64,000 nt of DNA from an uncultured Eubacteriales bacterium (GCA_902786465.1 CADACQ010000009.1:3339-67338), one strand, 5' to 3'. Numbered from the stretch's first letter, positions 8,527 through 21,630 are shown. The notes: generated by a model not told the origin, from the letters alone. Program-made: numbers and translations.

Positions 8527-9561
8527 TCACCGTCCCTTCCGGGAGGACCCGTAGATGTACACGAAGGCCACCGCGCCGATGATGGAGGTGACCACGCCGA
8601 TGGGCAGCTCCTTGGGGTTCAGGAGGATGCGGGCGATCAGGTCCGAGAGCATCAGGAAGATGCCGCCGCCGAACAGGGACGCGGGCAGCAGCCGCTTATG
8701 GTTAGGGCCCACCAGCAGCCGCGCCATGTGAGGCGTCACCAGGCCCACAAAGCCGATGGTGCCGCCGATGGATACGCACACGCCGATGAGGCCGGAGACG
8801 GCGATGAGGATGATGAGCTTCACTCGGCGCACGTTGACGCCCACGTGACGGGCGTTCTCCTCCCCCACCGCGAAGGCGTTGAGCTCCCGGGCGTGGAGCA
8901 GGATCGTGCCGCCGAAAAGGATCAAGGCTACGAGCAGCACCAGGACGTTGGTGTAGCTGGTGCCCTGGAGACTCCCCATGGTCCAAAAGGTGATGCTGCG
9001 AAGATGCTCCCCGGAAAAGGTGATGACGATGCTCATGACGCTGGAAGCGAACATGGAGAAGATGACGCCGATGAGGATGATGGTGTTGGTGGACAGGGAG
9101 AAATCCAGCTTGTAGGCCAGACCCAAGATGATGAGCAGAGAACAAAAAGCGAACACCATGGCCATGGCCATGGTGCCCGCAAAGGGCAGACCGGGTATGG
9201 TGACGCCGAAGGCGATAGCGATGACCGCCCCCAGGGACGCCCCGGAGGACACGCCCAGGGTGGACCCGTCCGCCAGGGGATTCTTCAAAAGCCCCTGCAT
9301 GGCCCCGCCGCACAGGGATAGGCTCCCTCCCACCAGCATGACGGCCAGCACCCGGGGGAGCCGGGATGTGAGCAGGATGGCAGGCGCCGTGCCCGCTGAT
9401 TGAGGCAGGCCTCGCACGGCCCTCCAGATCACCGAGACGGTGGTCCTAAAGGGGATGCTGACGCTGCCGACACAGACCGAGAGGAGCAGCGTGAGCACCG
9501 CTGCCGCAGTAAAGAGCAGATATTCCCACCCGCGAAAGTGTTCGCTGTTCCTCCCGTTCAT
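8527..9561 (-). CDS. FecCD-family ABC permease (BtuC-like)
   Basis: 344-aa polytopic membrane protein with typical FecCD sequence. Confidence 0.9.
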   Translation of the reverse strand: MNGRNSEHFRGWEYLLFTAAAVLTLLLSVCVGSVSIPFRTTVSVIWRAVRGLPQSAGTAPAILLTSRLPRVLAVMLVGGSLSLCGGAMQGLLKNPLADGSTLGVSSGASLGAVIAIAFGVTIPGLPFAGTMAMAMVFAFCSLLIILGLAYKLDFSLSTNTIILIGVIFSMFASSVMSIVITFSGEHLRSITFWTMGSLQGTSYTNVLVLLVALILFGGTILLHARELNAFAVGEENARHVGVNVRRVKLIILIAVSGLIGVCVSIGGTIGFVGLVTPHMARLLVGPNHKRLLPASLFGGGIFLMLSDLIARILLNPKELPIGVVTSIIGAVAFVYIYGSSRKGR

Positions 9562-9570
9562 ACTTAGAAA

Positions 9571-10530
9571 TCAGGCGGCGGGCACCAGCTCCAAGGCCGC
9601 TTCATTCTCCGCCACGAAGTCGTAGAGCATCTGCGCGCCTTCCGCCAGCCGCGGTGCAGGCCGGGACAGCTCGTTGTTGGGCAGATCCAGGATGCTCTGG
9701 TTCTTCACAGCCGTCACGTTCTCCCAGCCGGGGCGAGCCATGATCTCCTCCTCGGGGGTGGGACCCTCGCCGAAGTACATGGTGATGGTCATGATGTAGT
9801 CCGGATTCCGCTCGATGACCTGCTCCTCGGAGACGGAGGCCCAGCCTTCCACGTCGCCGAAGCAGTTCTTGAGGCCCATCATCTCCGCCACCTCGTTCAT
9901 GAAGGTGCCGGTGCCCGCGGTCCAGAGACCCCACTGCAGGGGGCTGACCTCGAAGTAGATGGTCTTGGTGCCGTCCAGAGCGTTGGCTTTGATATCTTCG
10001 AAGATGGAATTCATATCAGAGATGATCTGGTTGGCCTCCTCCTGCTTGCCCATGACATCGCCGATCAGGCGGATGGCGGTGAAGGTGCCTTCGATATCCT
10101 GGGCGTCGCTGACCACAACGCGGACGCCGGCCTTCTCCAGCTGGTCCACCTGCTCCTGGGTCTGGGCCATCATGCTGAGGAACACCACTTCGGGCTCCAG
10201 GGCGATGATCTGCTCCACGTTGGTCTCCGCACCGGAAGTGAGAGACGGCAGGCTCATGACCTCAGGCGGATAGTCGCAGTATTCGCCGCGACCTACCAGG
10301 GCTTCCTCGCCGCCGATGGCGTAGATGATCTCACAGTCGGAGGCGGTGAGGGCAACGGCCTTCTCCACGGGCTTCTCGAATTTGACCTCCCGGCCCGCCA
10401 TATCGGTGACGGTGAAGGAGCCGTCCGCTTCTGCCGGTTTCTCAGCAGGCGCTTCCACGTCCTTCTTGCAGCCGAAAGCGAACAACAGCAATGCGGCGAT
10501 CAGGATCGCCAGGATCTTTTTGAGTTTCAT
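9571..10530 (-). CDS. ABC substrate-binding lipoprotein (BtuF-like)
   Basis: The ATG at 10530 gives the lipoprotein signal MKLKKILAILIAALLLFAFGC. The longer ORF to 10641 would run into the riboswitch. Confidence 0.85.
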   Translation of the reverse strand: MKLKKILAILIAALLLFAFGCKKDVEAPAEKPAEADGSFTVTDMAGREVKFEKPVEKAVALTASDCEIIYAIGGEEALVGRGEYCDYPPEVMSLPSLTSGAETNVEQIIALEPEVVFLSMMAQTQEQVDQLEKAGVRVVVSDAQDIEGTFTAIRLIGDVMGKQEEANQIISDMNSIFEDIKANALDGTKTIYFEVSPLQWGLWTAGTGTFMNEVAEMMGLKNCFGDVEGWASVSEEQVIERNPDYIMTITMYFGEGPTPEEEIMARPGWENVTAVKNQSILDLPNNELSRPAPRLAEGAQMLYDFVAENEAALELVPAA

Positions 10531-10576
10531 ACGTATTTCTTCCCCTTTCTGACATTCGATGAATACAGCGGAAACT

Positions 10577-10602
10577 GAAAAAGCTCCCCAGAATTGAGGA
10601 GC
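10577..10602 (-). terminator. Riboswitch expression-platform terminator
   Basis: Minus strand GCTCCTC-AATTCT-GGGGAGC followed by TTTTT, between the aptamer and the first gene. Confidence 0.65.
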
Positions 10603-10654
10603 GACAATACTTCGGGCACGATGGCCCGACGGTTCACTCAATCCCAGAAGTGTA

Positions 10655-10815
10655 CATGTTCAAACAGGTCTCCCGGCTTGGGTTCCTCCTACTCGAGCCC
10701 CTTCCCGCCCCCTGAGGAACAGTGGGTATGCGCTCTTTCGTCCCCCTTACGGTTACTGGGATAGCTCAGGCTTTCCACCCGATTCCCTCAGCCCCCAAAG
10801 GCCGCTGCTTTCACA
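10655..10815 (-). promoter_or_regulatory. Cobalamin (B12) riboswitch aptamer
   Basis: Minus strand contains GGGAATCGGGTGGAAAGCC, ACCCACTGT and the B12 box AAGCCGGGAGACCTG (plus-strand 10661..10681). It lies upstream of the BtuFCD-like/cob operon. Confidence 0.85.
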
Positions 10816-10843
10816 GATAAGAACACGCTATTCATCTTGAGTC

Positions 10844-10872
10844 ATTATATCCCTGCCCCCTGGTTTCGTCAA
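10844..10872 (-). promoter_or_regulatory. Sigma-A promoter of the riboswitch/B12 operon
   Basis: Minus strand TTGACG (10872..10867), 17 nt, TATAAT (10849..10844). Confidence 0.7.
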
Positions 10873-10981
10873 GGTCTCGCCCCTTTCTGGCGCCGACAAT
10901 GCTCGCCTGACCGTTTGTAAAAAAACGATTTCCGTCACTGCTCAAACGTTATGGCCAAACGATAAGATATGCTATGATACC

Positions 10982-11010
10982 TTGCTTTTGGCGGCTGAAT
11001 AGGATATGAT
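10982..11010 (+). promoter_or_regulatory. Candidate promoter of lepA
   Basis: TTGCTT, 17 nt, TATGAT, about 30 nt upstream of the lepA ATG. Confidence 0.5.
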
Positions 11011-11040
11011 ACATTTTAGCTTTTCAGGGAGTAGACCGTA

Positions 11041-12836
<1,796 letters not shown>

Positions 12837-12840
<4 letters not shown>

Positions 12841-13903
12841 CCGGCGTCTACGTCCACATCCCCTATTGCGTGCGGAAGTGCGCCTATTGCGACTTCTGCT
12901 CCGTGCCCCGCGATATGACCGCGGCGGAATATCCCGACGCCCTGTGCAGGGAGATCGAGCTAAGCCGAGATCGGCTGCCCTACGAGGGGCCGGTCCCTTC
13001 CGTTTTCTTTGGGGGCGGCACCCCCACGGTCCTGCCGGCGGACGACCTGGTCCGCATCCTGGATACGATACGCAAAACCTACGAGGTCCGCACCGACGGG
13101 GAGATCACCGTGGAGTGCAACCCCGGCACGGCGTCCTACGCCGACTTCTTGAAGCTCCGCGCCGCGGGCGTGAACCGGCTGTCCCTGGGGCTCCAGTCCG
13201 CCGGGACGCGGGCTTCCAGAATATCAACGTGGATCTGATGCACGGCCTTCCCGGCCAGACCCAGGGGGACTATTTGGATACCCTCCAAAGGGTCTCAGAC
13301 CTGGGGCCCGAGCATATCTCCGCCTATGCCCTGATCCTGGAGGAGGGCACGCCTTTATATAAACAGGTACGGGCGGGAGAGATTGCCCTGCCCGATGACG
13401 ACGCGGTGGCGGACATGGAGGACGCGGGCATGGCTTTTCTCAAACAACAGGGCTACCGGCGCTACGAGGTCAGCAACTTCGCTCGGCCTGGCTTCGAGTG
13501 CCGCCACAACCTGATCTACTGGGACGACGCCCCTTATCTGGGCTTCGGCGTGGCGGCCCATTCCTCCGCCCCAGGACAGGGGGAGTGGCTCCGTTGGTCC
13601 AATACGGAGAGTATTTCGGAGTATCTGCGCAAGCTCCGCCGGGGCAGGCTCCCCACCGCCGAAACCTTGCACATCGACCGAAAGGAAGAAATGTTCGAGG
13701 TGGTCATGCTGGGCCTTCGGAAGGTAAAGGGCATCCCCCGCCAGGCCTTCCTGGACCGCTTCGGCCTCCCTTTGGAAAAGGCTTTCCCGGACGCCTGGCT
13801 CAACGTCCAGTCAAACGGCTGGTGGGCGGACGACCCCGTCCGCTACGCCCTCACCGACCAGGGCATGGACCATCTCAACACCGCCCTATGCTACTTTAGA
13901 TGA
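12837..13903 (+). pseudogene. hemW: Radical-SAM heme chaperone HemW (HemN-like) with an internal deletion and frameshift
   Basis: The ATG at 12837 overlaps the lepA stop. It carries CxxxCxxC (CVRKCAYCDFC). Frame 1 ends at 13238 just after NRLSLGLQS. The family sequence resumes in another frame at about 13202 (RDAGFQNINVDLMHGLPGQT) and runs to 13903. Confidence 0.8.
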
Positions 13904-13991
13904 AGCCTGTGGATATACATCTTTCGCCCCGCGGGGCGTTTTTTGTTGTTTTGAATTCACCTTCATTTCACATTGTGAGCCGGTCATTTGC

Positions 13992-14020
13992 TTGACATTG
14001 GGTAATAATGGTGGTACATT
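13992..14020 (+). promoter_or_regulatory. Sigma-A promoter of the hrcA-grpE-dnaK-dnaJ operon
   Basis: TTGACA (13992..13997), 17 nt, TACATT (14015..14020). Confidence 0.75.
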
Positions 14021-14031
14021 CTGTACAGTGA

Positions 14032-14058
14032 TTAGCACTCATGGGAATGGAGTGCTAA
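14032..14058 (+). promoter_or_regulatory. CIRCE operator (HrcA binding site)
   Basis: Perfect TTAGCACTC-N9-GAGTGCTAA inverted repeat between the promoter and the hrcA start. Confidence 0.95.
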
Positions 14059-14075
14059 AGAAAGGAGGAAACGGT

Positions 14076-15110
14076 ATGGACCTGAATCCCAGAAAGCTGC
14101 GTATCCTGCGGGCCATCGTGGACGAGTACATCCTCTCCGGCGCCCCCGTAGGCAGCAAGGTCCTGAGCCAGAACCCCTCCTTTAAGCTCTCCTCAGCCAC
14201 TATCCGCAACGAGATGGCGGATCTGGAGGACCTTGGGTATCTGGAGCAGCCGCACACCTCCGCCGGTCGCGTACCCTCCGACAAGGCGTACCGCCTCTAC
14301 GTCAACAACATGATGCAGCGGTCCAATCTGACGGAGGACGAGGTGAAGGTCATGTCGGCCTATTGCCAGAACAAGGTGAAGGGCCTGGACGCCGTCATGC
14401 GGGAGACCGCCAGCGTCCTGTCCAGGATCACCCACTACACCGCCCTGGTCATGATGCCCGAAAGCACCACCAACCGGCTGCGGCATCTGCAGCTGGTGCC
14501 CCTCGCCGAGGGCTACGCCCTGGTGGTGGTGGTCACGGACGCAGGCGTCGCCCGGGACTCCGTCATCCGGGTGCCTGTCGAGATGGGGGCCGACGAGCTC
14601 GGTCGCCTGTCCCGCCTGATCTCCCAGCGGTACTACAACTGCCGCATGATCGAGGTAGGGGACAGGATGATGAAGGAGCTGGGCGGCGAGCTGCAGGCCC
14701 GGGGCACCTTCCTGACGGACCTGGTGGACACCATGGAAACGGCGCCCGGGGCCAACGCCCATCGGATCGCCCTCTCCGGCACCAACAACATGCTGGATTT
14801 CCCCGCCTATTCCGACATCGACCGGGCCCGGCAGCTGCTGGCGGCGGTGGAGAAGAAGGATTCCATGTACCAGATGCTGAAGAACGCCGGTCCCTTCGAG
14901 ATCAGCTTCCGCATCGGGAGCGAGCTCGGGCAGGACATCTTCAGCGACTGCAGTTTGGTCACCGCCACCTATCGCATCGGCTCCATGCCGGTGGGGACCA
15001 TGGGCGTCATCGGGCCCACCCGGATGCCCTACGGCAAGGTGGTCTCCGTGCTGGACTACATGAGTAAGAGCTTAGGCAGTATCTTAACGAACTTATTGGA
15101 GGAAGACTGA
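14076..15110 (+). CDS. hrcA: Heat-inducible transcription repressor HrcA
   Basis: The ATG at 14076 follows AAAGGAGGA and reads MDLNPRKLRILRAIVDEYI. The upstream part of the ORF covers the promoter and CIRCE. Confidence 0.93.
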   Translation: MDLNPRKLRILRAIVDEYILSGAPVGSKVLSQNPSFKLSSATIRNEMADLEDLGYLEQPHTSAGRVPSDKAYRLYVNNMMQRSNLTEDEVKVMSAYCQNKVKGLDAVMRETASVLSRITHYTALVMMPESTTNRLRHLQLVPLAEGYALVVVVTDAGVARDSVIRVPVEMGADELGRLSRLISQRYYNCRMIEVGDRMMKELGGELQARGTFLTDLVDTMETAPGANAHRIALSGTNNMLDFPAYSDIDRARQLLAAVEKKDSMYQMLKNAGPFEISFRIGSELGQDIFSDCSLVTATYRIGSMPVGTMGVIGPTRMPYGKVVSVLDYMSKSLGSILTNLLEED

Positions 15111-15649
15111 TGTCGAGGAACAAGAGGAAGGCCGAAGAGAAGGCGAAAGAGATCCCCGTGGAAGCGACGGAGGAACAGCCGGTGGAGAACGAGGAGCTGA
15201 AGAAGCTCCAGGAGGAGCTGGTGAAGAAGCAGCAGGAGCTGGACGAGACCATTCGCCTCCTGCAGCGGAACCAGGCGGATTTTGAAAACTACCGCCGCCG
15301 GAACAACAGCGTCCGGGCCGAGAGCTACGAGAACGGCAAGCGGGACGCGGTGTCGGAGCTGTTGCCCTCTTTGGACGATTTCGATCGGATCATCCTCAAC
15401 GCCGACAAGGCGGACGAGGCATGGGTGGAGGGCGTGAAGCTGGTCTACCGCAAGTTCACCGAGGAGCTCAAGAAGCTGGGCCTCACGGAGATCGAGGCGG
15501 AGGGCAAGTTCGATCCCAACCTCCACAACGCCGTCCTTTCCGAGGCGGCCGAGGGCGTGGAGAGCGAAACGATCCTCGATGTGCTCCAAAAGGGGTACAA
15601 GATGGGCGACAAGATCCTGCGGCACAGCATGGTCAAGGTGTCCGAGTAA
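15110..15649 (+). CDS. grpE: Nucleotide exchange factor GrpE
   Basis: 179 aa with an acidic/lysine-rich N-terminus and a GrpE core (ADFENYRRR, VLQKGYKMGDKILRHSMVKV). Confidence 0.95.
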   Translation: MSRNKRKAEEKAKEIPVEATEEQPVENEELKKLQEELVKKQQELDETIRLLQRNQADFENYRRRNNSVRAESYENGKRDAVSELLPSLDDFDRIILNADKADEAWVEGVKLVYRKFTEELKKLGLTEIEAEGKFDPNLHNAVLSEAAEGVESETILDVLQKGYKMGDKILRHSMVKVSE

Positions 15650-15728
15650 AGGAAAAAACAGCCGCGCCTTTCAAGGGCCAAGCTGAAACAGCATACAATA
15701 TACTTACTATCAGGAGGAAAAGAAAACT

Positions 15729-17567
<1,839 letters not shown>

Positions 17568-17587
17568 CCAAAGATAAGTGAACGGCG

Positions 17588-17609
17588 AAGGGGCGGGCAG
17601 CCGCCCCTT
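17588..17609 (+). terminator. Stem-loop between dnaK and dnaJ (partial terminator or processing site)
   Basis: AAGGGGCGG-GCAG-CCGCCCCTT, a 9-bp stem followed by only a short T-run. Confidence 0.4.
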
Positions 17610-17635
17610 TCGGCCGAGGAAACGAGGTGAGGATC

Positions 17636-18778
17636 GTGGCAGATAAGCGGGATTATTACGAGGTTTTGGGCGTCAGCAAGACGGCAACCGACAGCGAGAT
17701 CAAGAGCGCGTTTCGGAAGGCCGCCAAGTCCTGCCATCCGGACCTGCATCCCAACGACAAGGCCGCCGAGGCCCAGTTCAAGGAGTTGAACGAAGCCTAC
17801 AGCGTCCTGTCCGATCCTGATAAGCGAGCGAAGTACGATCAATACGGCCATGCGGCCTTCGACCCCACCATGGGCGGCGCCAACCCCTTCGAGGGCGCGG
17901 GCTTCGGCGGGTTCGACGACATTCTCAACAGCTTCTTCGGCGGCGGTTTCGGCGGCGGCTTTGGCAGCCGTTCCGCCCAGCGGGACGCGCCCATGGCCGG
18001 GGACGATCTACGGTACAACCTGTCCCTGACCTTCGAGGAGGCGGCCTTCGGTGTGACCAAGGAGCTGCTGATCCCCCGGGAGGAGAGCTGCGAAGCCTGC
18101 GGCGGCACCGGCGCCAAGGCGGGCACCAGCCCCGTGCGGTGCCCCACCTGCAACGGCACGGGCCAGGTCCGCACACAGCAGAACACCATGTTCGGGGCTT
18201 TCACCACCAGCCGGCCCTGCTCGGCCTGCAACGGCACGGGCAAATACATCAAGGAGCCCTGTCCCGAGTGCCGGGGCAAGGGCCGCATCCGCAAGAACAC
18301 CCGCATCCATCTGAAGGTGCCCGCCGGCATCAACGACGGCCAGACCATCAACATGCGGGGCGAGGGCGAAGCTGGCTACAAGGGCGGCCCGAGAGGGAAC
18401 CTGTACGTGACCGTGTCCGTGAAGCCCCATAAGCTCTTCACCCGGGACGGCTGCAACCTGCTGCTGAGTCTGAAGGTGCCCTTCACCACCATGGCCCTGG
18501 GCGGCGAGATCACCGTGCCCACCCTGAAGGAGAAGGTGCGCTACACCATCCCCTCCGGCACCCAGAACGGCACCACCTTCCGGCTGAAGGAGCAGGGCGT
18601 GCCCATCCCCAACGCCAGTTCCCAGGGCAAGGGCGATCTGCTGGTGACGGTAGAATCGGACATCCCCCGGCGGCTTTCCGACGAGCAGCGGGCGCTGTTG
18701 CAGCAGTACGCGGCCCTCAGCGGCGAAGCTACCACCCCCGCCAAGAAGAAGGGCGGCATCCGCAACATCTTCAAATAA
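17636..18778 (+). CDS. dnaJ: Molecular chaperone DnaJ
   Basis: J-domain (DYYEVLGV, HPD), G/F region and four CxxCxGxG zinc motifs. The GTG at 17636 is preceded by GAGGTGA. The ORF is open from 17627. Confidence 0.95.
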   Translation: MADKRDYYEVLGVSKTATDSEIKSAFRKAAKSCHPDLHPNDKAAEAQFKELNEAYSVLSDPDKRAKYDQYGHAAFDPTMGGANPFEGAGFGGFDDILNSFFGGGFGGGFGSRSAQRDAPMAGDDLRYNLSLTFEEAAFGVTKELLIPREESCEACGGTGAKAGTSPVRCPTCNGTGQVRTQQNTMFGAFTTSRPCSACNGTGKYIKEPCPECRGKGRIRKNTRIHLKVPAGINDGQTINMRGEGEAGYKGGPRGNLYVTVSVKPHKLFTRDGCNLLLSLKVPFTTMALGGEITVPTLKEKVRYTIPSGTQNGTTFRLKEQGVPIPNASSQGKGDLLVTVESDIPRRLSDEQRALLQQYAALSGEATTPAKKKGGIRNIFK

Positions 18779-18799
18779 TGACCCAAAAGGAGCGCACCT

Positions 18800-19345
18800 A
18801 TGCCGGTCTACCCCTATGAGGGCGTGACGCCCCAAATCGAACAGGACGTGCTGCTTTGCCCGGGCGCCATGGTGGTGGGCCGGGTGAAGATCGGCGCAGG
18901 CTCTTCAATTTGGTACAACGCGGTGATCCGGGGCGATGTCCACGACGTGGTCATCGGAAAATACACCAGCATCCAGGACGGCGCCCTCATCCATGAGGAC
19001 TCCGGCCGGGGCAGCGGCCTTGCGGACGGGCTCCCCACGGTGGTGGGGGACTGCGTGACCGTGGGCCACGGGGCCATCCTTCACGCCTGTCGGGTGGAGG
19101 ACTATGCCCTCATCGGCATGGGCGCCATCGTCATGGACGGGGCCGTCGTCGGCAAAGGCTCCGTGGTAGGCGCGGGGGCGCTGGTGACCAAGAACACCGT
19201 GATCCCGCCCTTCTCCGTGGTGCTGGGAAGCCCGGCGAAGGTGGTCAAAACCCTGCCCGAGTCGTCCCTCGATCAGCGCAAAGAGCAGGCCACACACTAC
19301 TACGGCCTGGCTCAGGATCACATCCGGATGTTGAGCCAACAATGA
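18800..19345 (+). CDS. Gamma-carbonic-anhydrase-family hexapeptide-repeat protein
   Basis: 181 aa with left-handed beta-helix repeats and YrdA/PaaY-like sequence. Confidence 0.85.
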   Translation: MPVYPYEGVTPQIEQDVLLCPGAMVVGRVKIGAGSSIWYNAVIRGDVHDVVIGKYTSIQDGALIHEDSGRGSGLADGLPTVVGDCVTVGHGAILHACRVEDYALIGMGAIVMDGAVVGKGSVVGAGALVTKNTVIPPFSVVLGSPAKVVKTLPESSLDQRKEQATHYYGLAQDHIRMLSQQ

Positions 19346-19360
19346 TTTTCGATCCAACGC

Positions 19361-19387
19361 AAAAAGCTGCCGTACGGCAGCTTTTTT
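19361..19387. terminator. Bidirectional terminator between convergent genes
   Basis: AAAAA-AGCTGCCGTACGGCAGCT-TTTTTT. The core is an 18-nt perfect palindrome. Confidence 0.85.
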
Positions 19388-19418
19388 GTATTCAACTCAT
19401 ATCGTCCGCAGAACGCGC

Positions 19419-20363
19419 TCAGTCGTCGTAGTCCTCTTCGTCCTCGTCGTCGTCCACATCCACGATCTCGAAGAGCCGATGACGCTTTTTCTTGGGCTTG
19501 GGCGCTTCCTTCACGTCCTCGTCGTCCTCGCTCCAGTTGTCGTCGTCCTCGTATTCGTCCTCGTCGTCGCCCTCCAGCATGCGCTTGAACCAGCCCTTCT
19601 TCCGGGGCTTCTTGGGCTCCTCGTCCTCCTCGTCGTCATAGGCGGGCTTGGCGGCCTTCTTGGGCTCCTTGCGGGCGGGGCGAGCGGGCTCCTCCTCTTC
19701 CTCCTCGTCCTCGGGCTCCACCATGGGACGGGCGGGGGCGCTGGGCGCGGCCGTGACCTCATGCCGCTCCTCCAAAGCTCTCTGCTCGGAGACTTCCTTC
19801 TCCACGTCCTTCTCCTCGAACTCGGGGGCGGCCTGGCCGTTCAGCTCCTCCCGGTTGGCGTTGAGCATCTTGATGTAGTCGTTCAGATACCGCTGCACGT
19901 CGGCCAGCATATCGTCCGCATACTGGCGGGAGCCGTTGGTGACGGCGTTGGCGTTGTCGATGGCTTCCTGCTGGATCTGCTTGGCCCGCTCCACCGCCTC
20001 ACGGTACACGGACTCCTCCGAGACCAGGGCCTCGTACTCCTGGACGGACTGATTGTAGACCTTCTCCGCCGCCTCCTGAGCCTGCTGCATGAGATCCTCG
20101 GCGTCGGCCTTGGCCTTGTTGACGATCTCGTCCGCCTGCTCGTTGGCATCCCCCAGGATGTTGCTCTCCTCGGCGATTATGCCGCTGGCCCGGCGGATAT
20201 CCTCCGGGATCGTGACCTTGAGATCGCCCAGCAGGTCGAACAATTCGCCGACCTCCACGATCTTTCTGTTCCCGCCGCTCAGCTTATACTTGGGGCTGTC
20301 GTTCAGCACCTGCTCGATACGGGAAATGATGCTGTAAATCTTCATCGTCTGTGCGCTGCTCAT
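19419..20363 (-). CDS. Coiled-coil protein with a hyper-acidic C-terminal tail, function unknown
   Basis: 314 aa. The N-terminal approx. 170 aa are A/E/Q-rich helical. The C-terminal third is D/E/K low complexity (EDEEEEEE, DDEDEYEDDD, DVDDDEDEEDYDD). Its start overlaps the coaD stop. Confidence 0.7.
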   Translation of the reverse strand: MSSAQTMKIYSIISRIEQVLNDSPKYKLSGGNRKIVEVGELFDLLGDLKVTIPEDIRRASGIIAEESNILGDANEQADEIVNKAKADAEDLMQQAQEAAEKVYNQSVQEYEALVSEESVYREAVERAKQIQQEAIDNANAVTNGSRQYADDMLADVQRYLNDYIKMLNANREELNGQAAPEFEEKDVEKEVSEQRALEERHEVTAAPSAPARPMVEPEDEEEEEEPARPARKEPKKAAKPAYDDEEDEEPKKPRKKGWFKRMLEGDDEDEYEDDDNWSEDDEDVKEAPKPKKKRHRLFEIVDVDDDEDEEDYDD

Positions 20364-20848
20364 TTTCTTGCCAACCTTTCGCGAATAATATCTTCATTTA
20401 TTGCGGGGACCAGCCCCTTGATGCTGCCGCCCCAGAGGCCAATCTCCTTCACATTGCTGGAGCTCAGGAAGGAGTGGCCAGGGGAGGCCATAAAATACAC
20501 GGTCCGGAGGGAGCTGTCCAGATGGCGGTTCACCGCGTCGATCTGGAACTCGTACTCGAAATCCGACGTGGCCCGCAGGCCTCTTACGATGTGGGTGGCC
20601 CCCACGGACCTGGCGTATTCCACCAGAAGCCCGTCGAAGGTACCGCATCGGACGTTTGGGAGCTTCTCGGTGGCCAGCACGTTTTGGATCATCTCCATGC
20701 GCTCCTGGACCGTGAACGTGGGCCGCTTGTCCACGTTGTGGAGCACGGCCACATACACGAGATCGAACAGCCCGGCCGCGCTGGTGAGCACGTCGAGATG
20801 CCCCACCGTGAACGGATCGAAACTCCCCGGATAGACGCCGACGGTCAT
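20360..20848 (-). CDS. coaD: Pantetheine-phosphate adenylyltransferase
   Basis: MTVGVYPGSFDPFTVGHLDV. The ATG at 20848 overlaps the rsmD stop, with GGAGGG upstream. Confidence 0.95.
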   Translation of the reverse strand: MTVGVYPGSFDPFTVGHLDVLTSAAGLFDLVYVAVLHNVDKRPTFTVQERMEMIQNVLATEKLPNVRCGTFDGLLVEYARSVGATHIVRGLRATSDFEYEFQIDAVNRHLDSSLRTVYFMASPGHSFLSSSNVKEIGLWGGSIKGLVPAINEDIIRERLARK

Positions 20849-21405
20849 TCCTGTTCCCTCCAAGTCAAAGTCGTTACGCCGCAGGCTCCGTACCGCTTCA
20901 CCCGCGACACCTGCCAGGGGCCCTCGCCCAGTTCAGGGGGTTGATCCCAGGCGTGTTCCACGATCACGGTCCCGCCGCGCCTCAAAAGGCTCTCCTGGAA
21001 TATCCGCCTGACGGCGTCCGCCGCGTAGCCGGAGGCGTAGGGCGGGTCCAGGAACACGATGTCCACCTGCTTGCCCTGAGCCGCCAGGGACGAGAGGACG
21101 GCGCCGTAATCGGCGTTCATCACCTGCAATCCCTCGGTGAGCCCCAGCTTCTCGCCGTTTCGACGGATCAAGGCGGCGCATACGGGGGAAGCGTCCACGC
21201 AGATGGCCTCTGCCGCACCTCGGGACAGGGCCTCCAGGCCCATATTTCCGGAGCCGGAGAAGAGATCCAGGATCGTCGCGCCGGGCACCTGAAACTGGAT
21301 GCTGCCGAAGATGGCTTCCTTCACCCGATCCAGCGTGGGCCGGGTGTCTCTGCCCTGGGGGGCGTCGAAGCTCCTTCCCCTGGCAGAACCGGCTATGATC
21401 CGCAA
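20845..21405 (-). CDS. rsmD: 16S rRNA (guanine966-N2)-methyltransferase
   Basis: A TTG at 21405, 5 nt after GGAGGGG, gives the canonical (M)RIIAGSARGR N-terminus. It has the DPPY motif. The ORF is open to 21450. Confidence 0.9.
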   Translation of the reverse strand: MRIIAGSARGRSFDAPQGRDTRPTLDRVKEAIFGSIQFQVPGATILDLFSGSGNMGLEALSRGAAEAICVDASPVCAALIRRNGEKLGLTEGLQVMNADYGAVLSSLAAQGKQVDIVFLDPPYASGYAADAVRRIFQESLLRRGGTVIVEHAWDQPPELGEGPWQVSRVKRYGACGVTTLTWREQE

Positions 21406-21471
21406 GTCAACCCCTCCGATATCTTGATTTCGGGTGCGCCCGAAAACCACAACATATTGTGGATCAGAGGT

Positions 21472-21500
21472 ATTCTAACACCATTCCCTGCTGTTGGCAA
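21472..21500 (-). promoter_or_regulatory. Sigma-A promoter of rsmD-coaD
   Basis: Minus strand TTGCCA (21500..21495), 17 nt, TAGAAT (21477..21472) with an upstream TGT (extended -10), inside an AT-rich island. Confidence 0.65.
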
Positions 21501-21630
21501 GTATTTTTAAATAAATTGTTAACAGTTTTTGTAAAAAATATTAATAGGCCGGTCTTATTCACAGAAATTTCCTCCATACCGGTGGTATCGGGCCATCCAG
21601 ATCGATCCAGACCGCCTCCGTATCATACAT

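Noticed and set aside
17588-17609. Treating the dnaK-dnaJ hairpin as a full terminator that separates dnaJ into its own operon
   Set aside because: The stem is strong but is followed by only TTT. No promoter is visible before dnaJ. It is more likely a partial attenuator or mRNA-stability element.
19386-20834. 482-aa plus-strand ORF across the acidic-tail gene and coaD
   Set aside because: It is antisense to two genes with clear homology and coupling. The sequence is leucine/valine low complexity, and it starts inside the bidirectional terminator.
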